From: Candidatus Poribacteria bacterium
GTDB taxonomy: Bacteria > Poribacteria > WGA-4E > UBA9662
DNA length: 64,000 bases
Direction: 5' to 3'
Assembly: GCA_036339735.1 (NCBI GenBank)
Contig: JAYZAL010000011.1
Span: 1-64,000 of the forward strand
In this document: piece by piece, positions 1-10,341 of the stretch
Position numbering within the stretch: position 1 is the first letter of the stretch
Layout: each line of letters opens with the position of its first letter
Notes under the pieces: model-generated
The model's input: the letters and a program-made list of their open reading frames with translations, nothing else
The model's database searches: none
What the model was told of the DNA's origin: nothing
Translations under genes and position numbers: made by a program

Positions 1-228
1 TCCGCTATAGCAGGGCTGAATTACCATTGGACGGCGAACTTTCTCTTGGACTGCCAGTAGTATGTGGCGTTGAGAGCTGGGTCCTGAGCAACTGGATGTT
101 ACCGAACCCCGTCAGGTCCGGAAGGAAGCAGCGGTAGGTAACCTGACAGTGTGACACAGGATAGCCTAGCTTGAGCCAACGACTACTGTAACGCTTGGGG
201 TTGTTGGTCAACCTTTGGTTGCATAGCC
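1..228 (+). ncRNA. ffs: Signal recognition particle RNA, large (Alu-domain, Bacillus scRNA-type), 5' end cut by window edge
   Basis: Domain IV core GAACCCCGTCAGGTCCGGAAGGAAGCAGCGGT at ~103-134. Long flanking helix (cagtagt..tggc..gctgggt..cctg pairing with cagg..gcctagc..gcca..actactg). 5' TCCGCTATAGCAGGGCTGAAT resembles the scRNA Alu helix. Lies directly upstream of dnaX-ybaB-recR. Confidence 0.93.
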
Positions 229-329
229 GAGATTCACGAGCTACAAATAGTTCCTAAATTCGAATCGCCCGCCTTTCAGAGCAAAGTGTTTCTTCATTTC
301 TGTGAAAACCTCACCGATGGGCAATTGTT

Positions 330-2210
330 ATGTCTTATGAAGTTTTAGCTCGAAAATGGCGTCCTCAGGCTTTTGCGGATGTCGTTGGCCAGCAACATAT
401 TGTAACCACCCTTCAAAACCAAATAAGTACTGGCAGAGTAGGTCATGCTTATCTGTTTTGGGGGCCACGAGGCACGGGTAAAACCACCGTTGCCCGAGTT
501 TTAGCAAAAGCCGTTAACTGTGCCACAAACGTCGAAAAAAATGATCCAGAACCTTGCAACCGCTGTGTAAATTGCCAAGAGATTTCTAGCGGTCGATCTT
601 TCGATGTAAGAGAAATGGATGCTGCCTCTAATCGTGGCATCGATACCATCCGAGAGCTGAAAGAAAATGCACAATTAGTTCCCGCTAGTTGCCGCTTCAA
701 AATTTATATTATAGACGAAACTCATATGCTGTCGTTAGAAGCTTTCAATGCTCTGCTTAAGACGTTGGAAGAACCACCTGCTCATGTCATCTTTATACTA
801 GCGACTACAGAACATCATAAAGTTCCTCCAGCTATTGTTTCGCGTTGCCAAGGCTTTGATTTCCGTTTTATGGAACAAGAATTGGTTATACAGCGATTAA
901 AAGAAATTTGTGAGACAGAGTCTATCGAGATCAGCGAAGACGGGCTTGCAGTTATCAGTCACCAATCAGAAGGTTGCCTTCGCGATGCGACTAATATTCT
1001 TGAAAGATTAACAGCATCAATAGGAAGAAATCTCTCGATCGAAGCCATTAACCAAATCTTAGGTTTAGGCGCGGCACAGTTGATTGAGAACTTATCCCAA
1101 AAAATACTCGAAGGTGATGTTACTTCATCGATACAGCACTTAGCTAACCTATCCAAAGTTGGAGCTGACTTAATTCAGTGTTTACAACAATTAATTGCTT
1201 ACTTTAGTGATCTGCGACGGTTAGCTATCGATACGAAATTGGCCAATTTGATTCAAGCTTCACCGACTGATATCCAACGAATGATAGATCAAACTAGTCA
1301 AAATCAAGTGTCAGCGAAACGTCTATCCCGTATCCTTAGGATATTGATTCAAACATACAACGAGATTAAGAAAAACGGATATGCACATCTGCTTTTTGAA
1401 TCGGCTTTGGTTGAGATTTGTGCCACGAACCATGGCATTCAAAGCTTGAGTGAAGTAACTCATTTACTTAATGAGTTAAAAGTAATCGAAAGACGCCTCG
1501 ATTTAGCCAGTACAGTTCCAATGCAAGTTGAGCTTGCGGATAACAAGACCAACGAAGGCGAAGATGTCGAAATTAGTTTTGAGAGTATTGAAAATCAGGT
1601 GGTCGAAATCGACAAAAAAAAAGATGAAGATCCAGAAAGTCAAGCAAGCTCAATTTCTGACGATTTTACAAGTACGTTGGAAGATACAGATCTTGATACT
1701 GTATGGAAAAAGACCTTGATTGATTTGCAAAATCAGCGCTTGTCTGCATATCAGTTACTCAAGGATGCAATGTTAACCTCATCTGATTCAAATACTTTAG
1801 GACATGACATAAAATCCGGTATTTTTACTTTTCAAGTGGCTTTAGTGAAACCAGTCCTGTTGTTAGCTGATAAAGATAAAGAGTTAACTGCTAAATTACT
1901 GAGCCGGCATCTTGGTAGAACTGTTGAGCTGAAATTTGTCCGTCAGCAAAACCTAGTAGTGAAATCATCGAGATCATCGACAAAAGGAAGTCGATCAAGT
2001 AATGTTTCACGCCGAACAAACTCGGTAAAAAAAGAAACGGGAACAGATGAAGATAATTCTTCTGTTCCTCGTGTTACCGAAACACCACGTCGACGCCAAC
2101 AACAGGACAGAACACCACTGATGCTCCAGAGAGAAGTTATGCAGGACGAAACTTTGTCCCCAGTTTTAAGTATGTTCGATGCCAAGATCCTAAAAATCCA
2201 ACCTAAGTAA
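330..2210 (+). CDS. dnaX: DNA polymerase III subunit gamma/tau
   Basis: LARKWRPQ, Walker A GPRGTGKT, zinc cysteines, [18 protein letters not shown] motif. Confidence 0.98.
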   Translation: MSYEVLARKWRPQAFADVVGQQHIVTTLQNQISTGRVGHAYLFWGPRGTGKTTVARVLAKAVNCATNVEKNDPEPCNRCVNCQEISSGRSFDVREMDAASNRGIDTIRELKENAQLVPASCRFKIYIIDETHMLSLEAFNALLKTLEEPPAHVIFILATTEHHKVPPAIVSRCQGFDFRFMEQELVIQRLKEICETESIEISEDGLAVISHQSEGCLRDATNILERLTASIGRNLSIEAINQILGLGAAQLIENLSQKILEGDVTSSIQHLANLSKVGADLIQCLQQLIAYFSDLRRLAIDTKLANLIQASPTDIQRMIDQTSQNQVSAKRLSRILRILIQTYNEIKKNGYAHLLFESALVEICATNHGIQSLSEVTHLLNELKVIERRLDLASTVPMQVELADNKTNEGEDVEISFESIENQVVEIDKKKDEDPESQASSISDDFTSTLEDTDLDTVWKKTLIDLQNQRLSAYQLLKDAMLTSSDSNTLGHDIKSGIFTFQVALVKPVLLLADKDKELTAKLLSRHLGRTVELKFVRQQNLVVKSSRSSTKGSRSSNVSRRTNSVKKETGTDEDNSSVPRVTETPRRRQQQDRTPLMLQREVMQDETLSPVLSMFDAKILKIQPK

Positions 2211-2257
2211 TTCTGTTATTACAAGAAAAACTTACTCACCTAATTGAGGTAATAATA

Positions 2258-2566
2258 ATGAACATGAATAATTTGATGAAGCAAGCCCAAAAGATGCAAA
2301 AGCGAATGATGGAAGTACAAGAAGAAATGACCAATAGGACAGTTGAAGCTTCCGTCGGTGGGGGTATGGTAACAGCGATGGCAAATGGTAGCGGTGAGAT
2401 TGTCTCAATCAAGTTATCGCCTGAGGTTGTTGACCCAGATGATATTGAAATGCTAGAAGACTTGATCGTTGCGGCTGTTAGCGAAGCACATCACAAGGCG
2501 CAAGAATTAATGGGAGATGAGATGGGTAAATTAACTGGTGGAATCAAAATCCCCGGTATGATGTAG
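2258..2566 (+). CDS. ybaB: YbaB/EbfC nucleoid-associated protein
   Basis: [26 protein letters not shown]; canonical position between dnaX and recR. Confidence 0.95.
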   Translation: MNMNNLMKQAQKMQKRMMEVQEEMTNRTVEASVGGGMVTAMANGSGEIVSIKLSPEVVDPDDIEMLEDLIVAAVSEAHHKAQELMGDEMGKLTGGIKIPGMM

Positions 2567-2574
2567 AATAGCTG

Positions 2575-3183
2575 ATGAGCCCTTATCCAGAACCAATGGC
2601 TCGGTTGATCAGCCAATTGCAAAAGTTACCGACTATCGGTCCTAAGTCAGCCCAGCGACTCGCCTTCTATTTTTTAAAAATGACTGAGGGAGACGCAAAA
2701 GGAATTGCTGAATCAATAAAAGATGTTAAGGCTAACCTAGATCACTGCAGGTTATGTGGTAATATCACTGATATTGATCCTTGTCGAATTTGTATTGACC
2801 CGAAGCGCAATCAAAATTTGATCTGTGTTGTGGAAGAACCCGATGATCTATTGGCGATTGAGCGTACCAATCAATATAAAGGACTGTATCATACACTAAT
2901 GGGTGTCTTGTCCCCACTGAATGGAATTGGCCCTCAGGATTTGCGTATTTCTGGTTTATTCGATCGCCTCAAAAAAGGACAAATTAACGAGGTAATTTTG
3001 GCTGTTGGTAGCACAACAGAAGGGCAAGCTACCAGTCTCTATTTGACACAGCAATTGACACAGCATTTCAGTGTATCGGTTTCTCAAATCGCACAAGGAA
3101 TACCAGTGGGTGGTGATTTGGACTACATTGATGAACTTACAATAGCTAGGGCATTAGAAGGAAGACGAGTTTTCATGCCTTGA
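2575..3183 (+). CDS. recR: Recombination mediator RecR
   Basis: HhH LPTIGPKSAQRLAF, C4 zinc finger, Toprim, GIPVGGDLDYID. Confidence 0.98.
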   Translation: MSPYPEPMARLISQLQKLPTIGPKSAQRLAFYFLKMTEGDAKGIAESIKDVKANLDHCRLCGNITDIDPCRICIDPKRNQNLICVVEEPDDLLAIERTNQYKGLYHTLMGVLSPLNGIGPQDLRISGLFDRLKKGQINEVILAVGSTTEGQATSLYLTQQLTQHFSVSVSQIAQGIPVGGDLDYIDELTIARALEGRRVFMP

Positions 3184-3219
3184 CTAAATAGAAAAACACT
3201 TTCACTTTAGCTAATCATA

Positions 3220-4131
3220 ATGTTGGGCCTTCAATATCGTTGCAATCTTGTTTTTTTAGTTTTGATCTTTTGCCTACTTGGTTTTTCAGACCCCCAGTTT
3301 GCTTGCCAAGTCAGAGAACAAGGAATCCCCATATTCAATGCTGATCGAGCTTTTTCTTATTTACAAAAACAATGCGATTTTGGCCCTCGTAACCCGGGAT
3401 CTGTAGCACATAGAAAAACACGCGACTATTTGCGGAATGAATTAGAAGGACTCGCAGACGAGGTCGTGGAACAATCTTTTACCGCACATAACATCACTAT
3501 GACCAATATATTGGCTAGATTTGGTAAAGGAAATGGTTCCCCAATTCTTTTATGTGCTCATTGGGATACTCGCCCTTTTGCTGATAAAGATGTCAATCCA
3601 AAAAATCAGCTAAAGCCAATCTTGGGAGCTAATGACGGGGCATCAGGGGTGGCTGTTCTGCTGGAGTTAGCAAATAGCTTTAATCAATATCCCCCTCGTA
3701 ACGAAGTGATAGTTGTACTCTTTGATGGAGAAGATTATGGGCGCGAAATTGGCGATATGTTTTTGGGGTCGACCTACTTTGCCCAAAATCGAGAAGGTTG
3801 GGATGCAAACTTTGGTATTTTATTAGATATGGTCGGGGACAAAGACTTACAAATTCCAATGGAACGTTATTCATGGCAAACTTCCTCTGACTTAATGGGA
3901 GCACTATGGGATCGGGCTGCTGATTTAGGGTTAAGAGAGTTTTTTCCCAAAAAAATCGGGGCCGCCGTTATGGACGACCATATACCACTAATTAGGTCTG
4001 GCTTGCCTACTATTAACTTAATTGACTTCAACTATCCATACTGGCATACAGTTGATGACACGGTCGACAAGTGTAGTGCGAATAGTTTGGAAATCGTTGG
4101 TCGTCTAGTATTAGACTTGATTTACAACTAG
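3220..4131 (+). CDS. Secreted M28 family peptidase / glutaminyl cyclase-like
   Basis: Signal peptide; AHWDTRP, GANDGASG, FDGED, LLDMVG, DDH, YWHT motifs. Confidence 0.88.
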   Translation: MLGLQYRCNLVFLVLIFCLLGFSDPQFACQVREQGIPIFNADRAFSYLQKQCDFGPRNPGSVAHRKTRDYLRNELEGLADEVVEQSFTAHNITMTNILARFGKGNGSPILLCAHWDTRPFADKDVNPKNQLKPILGANDGASGVAVLLELANSFNQYPPRNEVIVVLFDGEDYGREIGDMFLGSTYFAQNREGWDANFGILLDMVGDKDLQIPMERYSWQTSSDLMGALWDRAADLGLREFFPKKIGAAVMDDHIPLIRSGLPTINLIDFNYPYWHTVDDTVDKCSANSLEIVGRLVLDLIYN

Positions 4132-4144
4132 ATGAGATTACTGA

Positions 4145-5530
4145 TTAACCACGTGTTAAAAATGATGTTTCTCCTGATCGAAAGGGACCTATCTTTTTGA
4201 CTTGCCCACCGCCAGTCACGGGATAACGAGAACCATCGAGGTTCGGAATTACATAGCGATCGAACCAATTAGCCAATAATTGTCTCATTTCTTCTACCAA
4301 AGCAGACTTTGATTTTTCGTCGACTATATTCTTCCTTTCGTTAGGATCATTTGCTAAATGATATAATTCATGGGGGCCATAAGGGTAACGATGAATGTAT
4401 TTCCACTCTTGGTTGCGGACCATTCTCACCGGTCCATATTCATCAAAAATCACTACTTCGTCTTGTACTTCGTTGTGCTGTTCGAATAACACGCTGGTAA
4501 AACTCCGCCCTGGACTTAAGTTGTCTTCGTTAATGTTTAGACCAATATAATCAAGTAAAGTCGGCATGAAATCATACTGGCTGACCATAGCTGTAGTGCT
4601 CTTACCTTCAGCTATTTTGCTTGGCTGGCTCATAATGAAAGGCACCTTGATGGAGTTTTCATACATGTTTAGTGGGAATGTGCCATTACCCTTATGCCAA
4701 AATCCATTATGCCCACACGAATAACCGTTATCACTACTGAAAACGAAAAGTGTGCTTTCGCGTAAACCAAGATGTTCGATTAGATCAATGAGGCGACCAA
4801 TATTGTGATCCATAGCTGTAATAGCGGAAAAATAACCTTTCAATGATTCCCGATTACCTAAGTGGCGCTGGGAGTTTGCAGTAGCCCAAGGGTGAGCAAC
4901 CTCTTGCGGACAAGTTTTGAAAGGACAATTATCGTAAAAATCCATGAGTTCGGAAGGATGTCCTTCAAAAGGAGAATGTGGAGCATTATAGTTGACGCTA
5001 AGGTAAAATGGATTTTCGGCATTCTGTCTGATAAAATTCATGGCGTTGTCAGTAATGATATCAGTAATATAACCGGTGTATATCTCCACTTCCCCATTCT
5101 GAATCATTTCTGCATTGTTGTAACGACTACTACCAGTCGGTAAAGCAAACCAGTGTGAAAAACCATGTTGTGGGTTCAGGCTGTCCCCCAAATGCCACTT
5201 ACCACACAGACCGTTTATATAACCGTCTTCGTGTAGAACATCTGTATAACAACTTAGTCCGTCTAAGTAACGATCTGTTGCTGGTGGCATATTTCCTGCT
5301 CTAATCCAGTCATGAATACCATGAGCCGATGGGATTCGGCCTGTCATCAAACTAGCTCTAGCCGGTGAGCAAACAGGAGAGGTGCAAAAAAAGTTCTCGA
5401 AACGCATGCCTGACGAAGCTAGTCGGTCAATATTTGGCGTATGGATTTCACTGTTTCCATAGCAGCCTGCGGCCCAAGGTCCCTGGTCGTCCGTTAAAAT
5501 GAAGATAACGTTTGGCCTTTTTTTATTCAT
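4145..5530 (-). CDS. Formylglycine-dependent (S1) sulfatase
   Basis: PNVIFILTDD, CSPARASLMTG (CxPxR), GKWHLG, SDNG. Confidence 0.95.
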   Translation of the reverse strand: MNKKRPNVIFILTDDQGPWAAGCYGNSEIHTPNIDRLASSGMRFENFFCTSPVCSPARASLMTGRIPSAHGIHDWIRAGNMPPATDRYLDGLSCYTDVLHEDGYINGLCGKWHLGDSLNPQHGFSHWFALPTGSSRYNNAEMIQNGEVEIYTGYITDIITDNAMNFIRQNAENPFYLSVNYNAPHSPFEGHPSELMDFYDNCPFKTCPQEVAHPWATANSQRHLGNRESLKGYFSAITAMDHNIGRLIDLIEHLGLRESTLFVFSSDNGYSCGHNGFWHKGNGTFPLNMYENSIKVPFIMSQPSKIAEGKSTTAMVSQYDFMPTLLDYIGLNINEDNLSPGRSFTSVLFEQHNEVQDEVVIFDEYGPVRMVRNQEWKYIHRYPYGPHELYHLANDPNERKNIVDEKSKSALVEEMRQLLANWFDRYVIPNLDGSRYPVTGGGQVKKIGPFRSGETSFLTRG

Positions 5531-5906
5531 TTATTAACAGGTCCTCAATTAGTCGGTTTAGTTGGCACAGTTTAGTATAAGATAGGCAATAACTCAAACT
5601 TGGTCGTACTAAAAAATATAATCCTACGACCTATGGAAACTAACCAACTAAAGATAGTCGATAAATACAAACTAAGAAAATGACTTAATACATCCAAGTT
5701 AGTCAAGACAAACGTAAACTCCTTCGTTACTACATTTAACAGAAATTGCTTGTGTTCAATAGAACAACTTTTTAAGATCAAATTCCATTTACTCAGAAAA
5801 TAATACCAGCTGATAAAAATACTTTCCTATTATAAATGATCAAACAAATCACCAGAATGAATAAATCGTTTGACAATGGAAATATTAAGGAGTACTGCTT
5901 AAACAG

Positions 5907-6794
5907 ATGGAAAAACAAATAGTCAGCCGAAAGTTAGATTTGCCAGATCATCTACGTACCAAACTACAAACTCGTTTTATTCTATACAAGATGATAGAAG
6001 ATGAGGAAGAAATCCCAGCATTGCTAACTGGTAATCACAAATATATTGACGAAATATTAACTGCTTACTACGATGATTATTGGTATATTGATTCTGAAAC
6101 AGGTAATTATGCCGCCACCCGAAAGGGTGAAATGTTGTACAAAAACTTCATCGCTCAATGGTGGGATTTCCTATTGTCTTATGACATATACGCTGGTGTT
6201 GATTTACTTAATGGTAAATTTGCTCAAGACGATGCTGACTGGGATTCGGTTGACGAAGAAGGTCGGTTAATATGGGAAGATCTACGTGTAGCTGTTTGTA
6301 TATACAAACAACGAATAGCACAAGAAGAAGGGAGAAGAACTGACCTCAACCCTTTTACGATTGCTTTTATGTCTCTTTTATCTGAGAAAAGAATTGGGCA
6401 AGAAATTGGATGGCAATTTGACTTATACTCGGAAGACTTTTGGAAAGAAGTTGTTGATATCGTTAATACCAATCTCTGGCCTGAGGATTTGAGTTATGTT
6501 GATGATGAAAGTGCTGAAGAAATTGATGGTAATTTGGTAATGGAAGATATCATAATGAAAGGCATAGAAGAAACTAAGCTCAGGTGGTCTGAAGAAGAAG
6601 ACGACGATGATGAAGACTATCTAATTCCTCCAGAAGCTATATCGTCCAAAGATCAAGTGACAGAAGAATATGAGGAAGAATTAACAAGTTATGGCTGGGA
6701 AGAAGATTCATTTTATTATAATCCTTATAGATTCCTTGTTGGTGGGGCTTTGGGGGTATTTACCATTGCTGCTGTTTGGTCTATATTAGATTGA
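5907..6794 (+). CDS. Hypothetical acidic protein with C-terminal hydrophobic tail
   Basis: 295-aa ORF with AAGGAG upstream; D/E-rich tract followed by FLVGGALGVFTIAAVWSIL. Confidence 0.8.
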   Translation: MEKQIVSRKLDLPDHLRTKLQTRFILYKMIEDEEEIPALLTGNHKYIDEILTAYYDDYWYIDSETGNYAATRKGEMLYKNFIAQWWDFLLSYDIYAGVDLLNGKFAQDDADWDSVDEEGRLIWEDLRVAVCIYKQRIAQEEGRRTDLNPFTIAFMSLLSEKRIGQEIGWQFDLYSEDFWKEVVDIVNTNLWPEDLSYVDDESAEEIDGNLVMEDIIMKGIEETKLRWSEEEDDDDEDYLIPPEAISSKDQVTEEYEEELTSYGWEEDSFYYNPYRFLVGGALGVFTIAAVWSILD

Positions 6795-6893
6795 TTTATG
6801 TCTTGTAGAAAAAGTATCAGTTGCTACCCTTATTCACTCCCTGTTTAAATCATAAAGTATCAAATTTAAAATAGACCGAAGATAATATTAAAA

Positions 6894-8159
6894 ATGAATC
6901 TTTCTAATTTACTGAAGGCTGACATCAATTTCCAGGTTGGCTGGCAAGCACTTCTACGCAATAAATTTCGTACCCTATTGACCATGTTAGGTATTATCCT
7001 CGGTATCTTTATAGTGGTAACTACTGTATCTCTGGGAGGTAGTATTGAATCATTTGCGGTTTCCGAATTCGAGAATTTCAGCGGAACAACCATGATCTGG
7101 ATTGGAAAAAAAAGTCGTATTAAGAAACAGAACAAATGGGTCGAAAATCCAATCAAAGAGAATTTATGGCTTGATGATGTTGATCAAATCGTTCGTAAAT
7201 GTCCCTCAATAAAAACTGCAGCAGCCTTTAATTGGGTCGGGGCACAAACAGTTACATTTGGTACTAAAAGTAGAACCTACAATATCACAGGCGTATTGGA
7301 CACAAATGAAAAACTCTTTAATTTTGAATTCGAATATGGTCGTAATTTTCAGCCTTGGGAGATAAAACGCGGACAAAAAGTATGTATTCTAGGTTATAAA
7401 GTCAAAAATCACTTGTTTGGCGATAGTAACCCTGTAGGACAAGAAATCAAAATCCACCAACACCGATTCACAGTTATAGGCAGTTATAAAAGTATGGAAA
7501 AAGGTCTGTTCCGTATACTAGGAATTGGACTGGATGATGGGATAGATATTCCAGTTACTACTGTAGCGCAGTATTGGGGCAAACAGAACCGATGGCTAGC
7601 TATCATGGCCAAAGCAAATAGTTATGAAACTGTCGACCAAAGTATATCTCAAATTAAAGCGCTATTTCGACAAAGATTTGGGGCTGACATATATCATGAT
7701 TACGGGTCACCAGCTGAGATGATCCGAGAAATCAGTAAGATAGTAACCGTTATTCAGTGGGTACTAGGTGGTGCTGCCGCTATTACATTAATCGTTGGTG
7801 GAATTGGAACCATGAATATTATGCTAGTATCAGTGTCGGAGCGTACTGCCGAAATCGGCTTAAGAAAAGCAGTAGGTGCTAATAAAAATGATATCCGATT
7901 CCAGTTTCTTATAGAATCTGTGGTTATTTGCCTGTTAGGTGGTCTAATTGGTACAGGATTAGCTGGAGGGGTAACGTTTTCTGTGGGCCAAATTATTACC
8001 AGTTTTGTAATTAAAGATTCAGTATGGCCAGCTGCAGTGTCGTTACAATCAGCCATTGTCGCTTTTTTAGTTTCTACCATGGTAGGAGTTATTTCTGGTT
8101 TTTATCCATCAAATAAGGCTGCGGGACTACAACCAGTGGAAGCTCTTAGGATAGACTAG
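6894..8159 (+). CDS. ABC transporter permease, MacB/FtsX family
   Basis: NKFRTLLTMLGIILG; GGIGTMNIMLVSVSERTAEIGLRKAVGA; AAGLQPVEALR. Confidence 0.93.
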   Translation: MNLSNLLKADINFQVGWQALLRNKFRTLLTMLGIILGIFIVVTTVSLGGSIESFAVSEFENFSGTTMIWIGKKSRIKKQNKWVENPIKENLWLDDVDQIVRKCPSIKTAAAFNWVGAQTVTFGTKSRTYNITGVLDTNEKLFNFEFEYGRNFQPWEIKRGQKVCILGYKVKNHLFGDSNPVGQEIKIHQHRFTVIGSYKSMEKGLFRILGIGLDDGIDIPVTTVAQYWGKQNRWLAIMAKANSYETVDQSISQIKALFRQRFGADIYHDYGSPAEMIREISKIVTVIQWVLGGAAAITLIVGGIGTMNIMLVSVSERTAEIGLRKAVGANKNDIRFQFLIESVVICLLGGLIGTGLAGGVTFSVGQIITSFVIKDSVWPAAVSLQSAIVAFLVSTMVGVISGFYPSNKAAGLQPVEALRID

Positions 8160-8173
8160 AGGATATCGAAAAC

Positions 8174-9427
8174 ATGCTCGCAGAAAGTTTATCTATCACT
8201 TTTCGTACTTTAGGGACTAATAAGCTCAGGACAGCTTTAACAATTTTGGGAATTACCATTGGTATTTCCGGGGTAATTTCTATCCTTACTATTGGCAAAA
8301 ACGCAAAAACAATTTTGACCAGCAGTCTGAATCAACAAGCGGGTACATTCACCGTTTTTCGAGAAGAATGGAGCCGAAAAAGAGGGAAATGGAAGCGTAA
8401 TACCAGCTCTGAGTATCTTACCATGGACGATCTAAACGCAATTAGAGAGGGTTGTTCAGCCGTTGAAAGTGTTATTCCTACAGATGGGTTAGGAAGAAAA
8501 GAAATACAAAAAGGTAGTCAAAGCAAAAGAGCTGATCTTCAACTGACAACCGAGGAATCAGCTAGTTTTCAACAATGGTTTCCAGACTATGGTCGCTATC
8601 TCACCCGTACTGATCTAGATTTATGGGGCAAAGTGTGTGTTATTGGTAACGAGGTTTGGCAAGACTTATTTTTCGGATTTAACCCCATCGGTCAGGAAGT
8701 CAAGATTGATAATCAGCGCTACACAGTGGTTGGCGTAATGGAAAAAAAAGGGAAAGGACTCGACCCCAACGGAAATGAAGACAACAAAATTCTGATTCCC
8801 ATTTCGACAGGTAAGACTTACTTTGGTACTGGCAACAGCGGGCCAAGGAATCAGATTAGTAGTATCAGCGTTCGTGCTAAATCCCCTGATTTATTGACGA
8901 AAGCAAGATCAGAAGTCGAGGAATTAATACTCCGTCGGCACAAAGATGAAACATTTTTCCAAATTAGTAGTGTCGATGAAGAATTAGATTTTGTTAATAA
9001 AATACTAACAGTGATTCAAATACTAATGATTATAATTACTATCTTCCCTCTGCTTGTCGGTGGGATTGGCATTTTGAATATCATGTTAGTGTCTGTCGTG
9101 GAACGTGTACCAGAAATTGGTCTGCGTAAGGCAATTGGAGCAAAAGGCTTTCAGATCAGGCTCCAATTCTTAGTGGAATCGGTCGTGATTAGTCTGATTG
9201 GTAGCATTCTAGGCATGGTTGCAGGATTCACGTTCAGTAATGTTTTGGGACAATTTTTCAACAATAAATTTTCTGCTGATTTTGGCGTAGAATGGCCTTC
9301 GTCAGTAACCTTAGAATCGATTTTCGTTGGTGTCTTAATGGGCATGATAGTAGGTGTTTCTTTTGGTTATTATCCCGCCAGCCAAGCTGCTCGTCTAACC
9401 CCAATTGAGGCTATCAGAAATAAGTAA
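8174..9427 (+). CDS. ABC transporter permease, MacB/FtsX family
   Basis: NKLRTALTILGITIG; GGIGILNIMLVSVVERVPEIGLRKAIGA; AARLTPIEAIR. Confidence 0.93.
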   Translation: MLAESLSITFRTLGTNKLRTALTILGITIGISGVISILTIGKNAKTILTSSLNQQAGTFTVFREEWSRKRGKWKRNTSSEYLTMDDLNAIREGCSAVESVIPTDGLGRKEIQKGSQSKRADLQLTTEESASFQQWFPDYGRYLTRTDLDLWGKVCVIGNEVWQDLFFGFNPIGQEVKIDNQRYTVVGVMEKKGKGLDPNGNEDNKILIPISTGKTYFGTGNSGPRNQISSISVRAKSPDLLTKARSEVEELILRRHKDETFFQISSVDEELDFVNKILTVIQILMIIITIFPLLVGGIGILNIMLVSVVERVPEIGLRKAIGAKGFQIRLQFLVESVVISLIGSILGMVAGFTFSNVLGQFFNNKFSADFGVEWPSSVTLESIFVGVLMGMIVGVSFGYYPASQAARLTPIEAIRNK

Positions 9428-9646
9428 CATCATGAATAAAGGACAAAATTCAAATCATGGAAAGCTGAAATTGGGTATAACTGAACTATTTCTTCATCCA
9501 AGTTTCTATTCTAGAGGAAATACGGTAAACTTCGTCCATAATCGAATTTCCTCGTGGTGTTTTTGTAATTAACTTGATGGCAGTAGAACCCGAAAAAATA
9601 GTTCAGTAACTCAGGAATAAGTATACTATACTTACACTGTTGGATC

Positions 9647-9675
9647 TTGACAGAGAAAAAACACCAAGCTATCAT
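9647..9675 (+). promoter_or_regulatory. Sigma70-type promoter for tmk-holB-uvrC
   Basis: TTGACA-17 nt-TATCAT ending 28 nt before the tmk ATG. Confidence 0.7.
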
Positions 9676-9702
9676 CGACCAAAAAGTATCTAATTAGAAG
9701 AA

Positions 9703-10341
9703 ATGTTTATCACTTTTGAGGGAACAGAAGGTTCCGGAAAAACTACTCAAATTAACCATTTGGCCAATAAACTATCAGAGGCCGGTTATTCAGTTCAAAA
9801 CACACGAGAACCCGGTGGGTCAAATGTTGGGAATCAAATTCGCGAAATCTTATTAGACCCTGTTAATGAAAGACTTTCTGCAACTTCTGAGCTGCTACTT
9901 TATGCTGCGTCTCGAGCCCAACATGTGCGAGAAGTAATCGTACCAGCACTCAAAAATGGTAAAATTGTTATCTCTGATCGATTTAGTGATGCTACGGTTG
10001 CTTATCAAGGGTATGGGCGCAATTTAGACTTAGTGTTGATCAATCATTTAAACCAGATTGCTACCGGCGGCTTGGTACCTGATCTCACTTTTTTGCTAAA
10101 TTTACCCATCGAAATTGGTTTACAGAGGGCTTCAGCTAGCCGTGGTGAGCTGGACCGTATTGAGCGAGAGAATCTTGAATTTCACGAACGGGTACAAAAC
10201 GGGTATCTGGCTATTGCAAAAGAAGGCACTAATCGAATAAAAATTATTGACGCTACTCAGCCGATTGACGTCATATTTAACGAGATCTGGTCCATACTTA
10301 AAGTTAAAATTCCTTTAATCAAGGTTAACCATGACCAGTGA
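9703..10341 (+). CDS. tmk: Thymidylate kinase
   Basis: FITFEGTEGSGKTT, TREPGG, SDRF, YQGYGR. Confidence 0.97.
   Translation: MFITFEGTEGSGKTTQINHLANKLSEAGYSVQNTREPGGSNVGNQIREILLDPVNERLSATSELLLYAASRAQHVREVIVPALKNGKIVISDRFSDATVAYQGYGRNLDLVLINHLNQIATGGLVPDLTFLLNLPIEIGLQRASASRGELDRIERENLEFHERVQNGYLAIAKEGTNRIKIIDATQPIDVIFNEIWSILKVKIPLIKVNHDQ

Noticed and set aside
5-211. 68-aa minus-strand ORF
   Set aside because: Antisense to the SRP RNA; no protein features.
5531-5906. Small ORF 5572-5781 or repeat array in AT-rich gap
   Set aside because: No RBS or motif and no regular repeats with spacers; not CRISPR-like.
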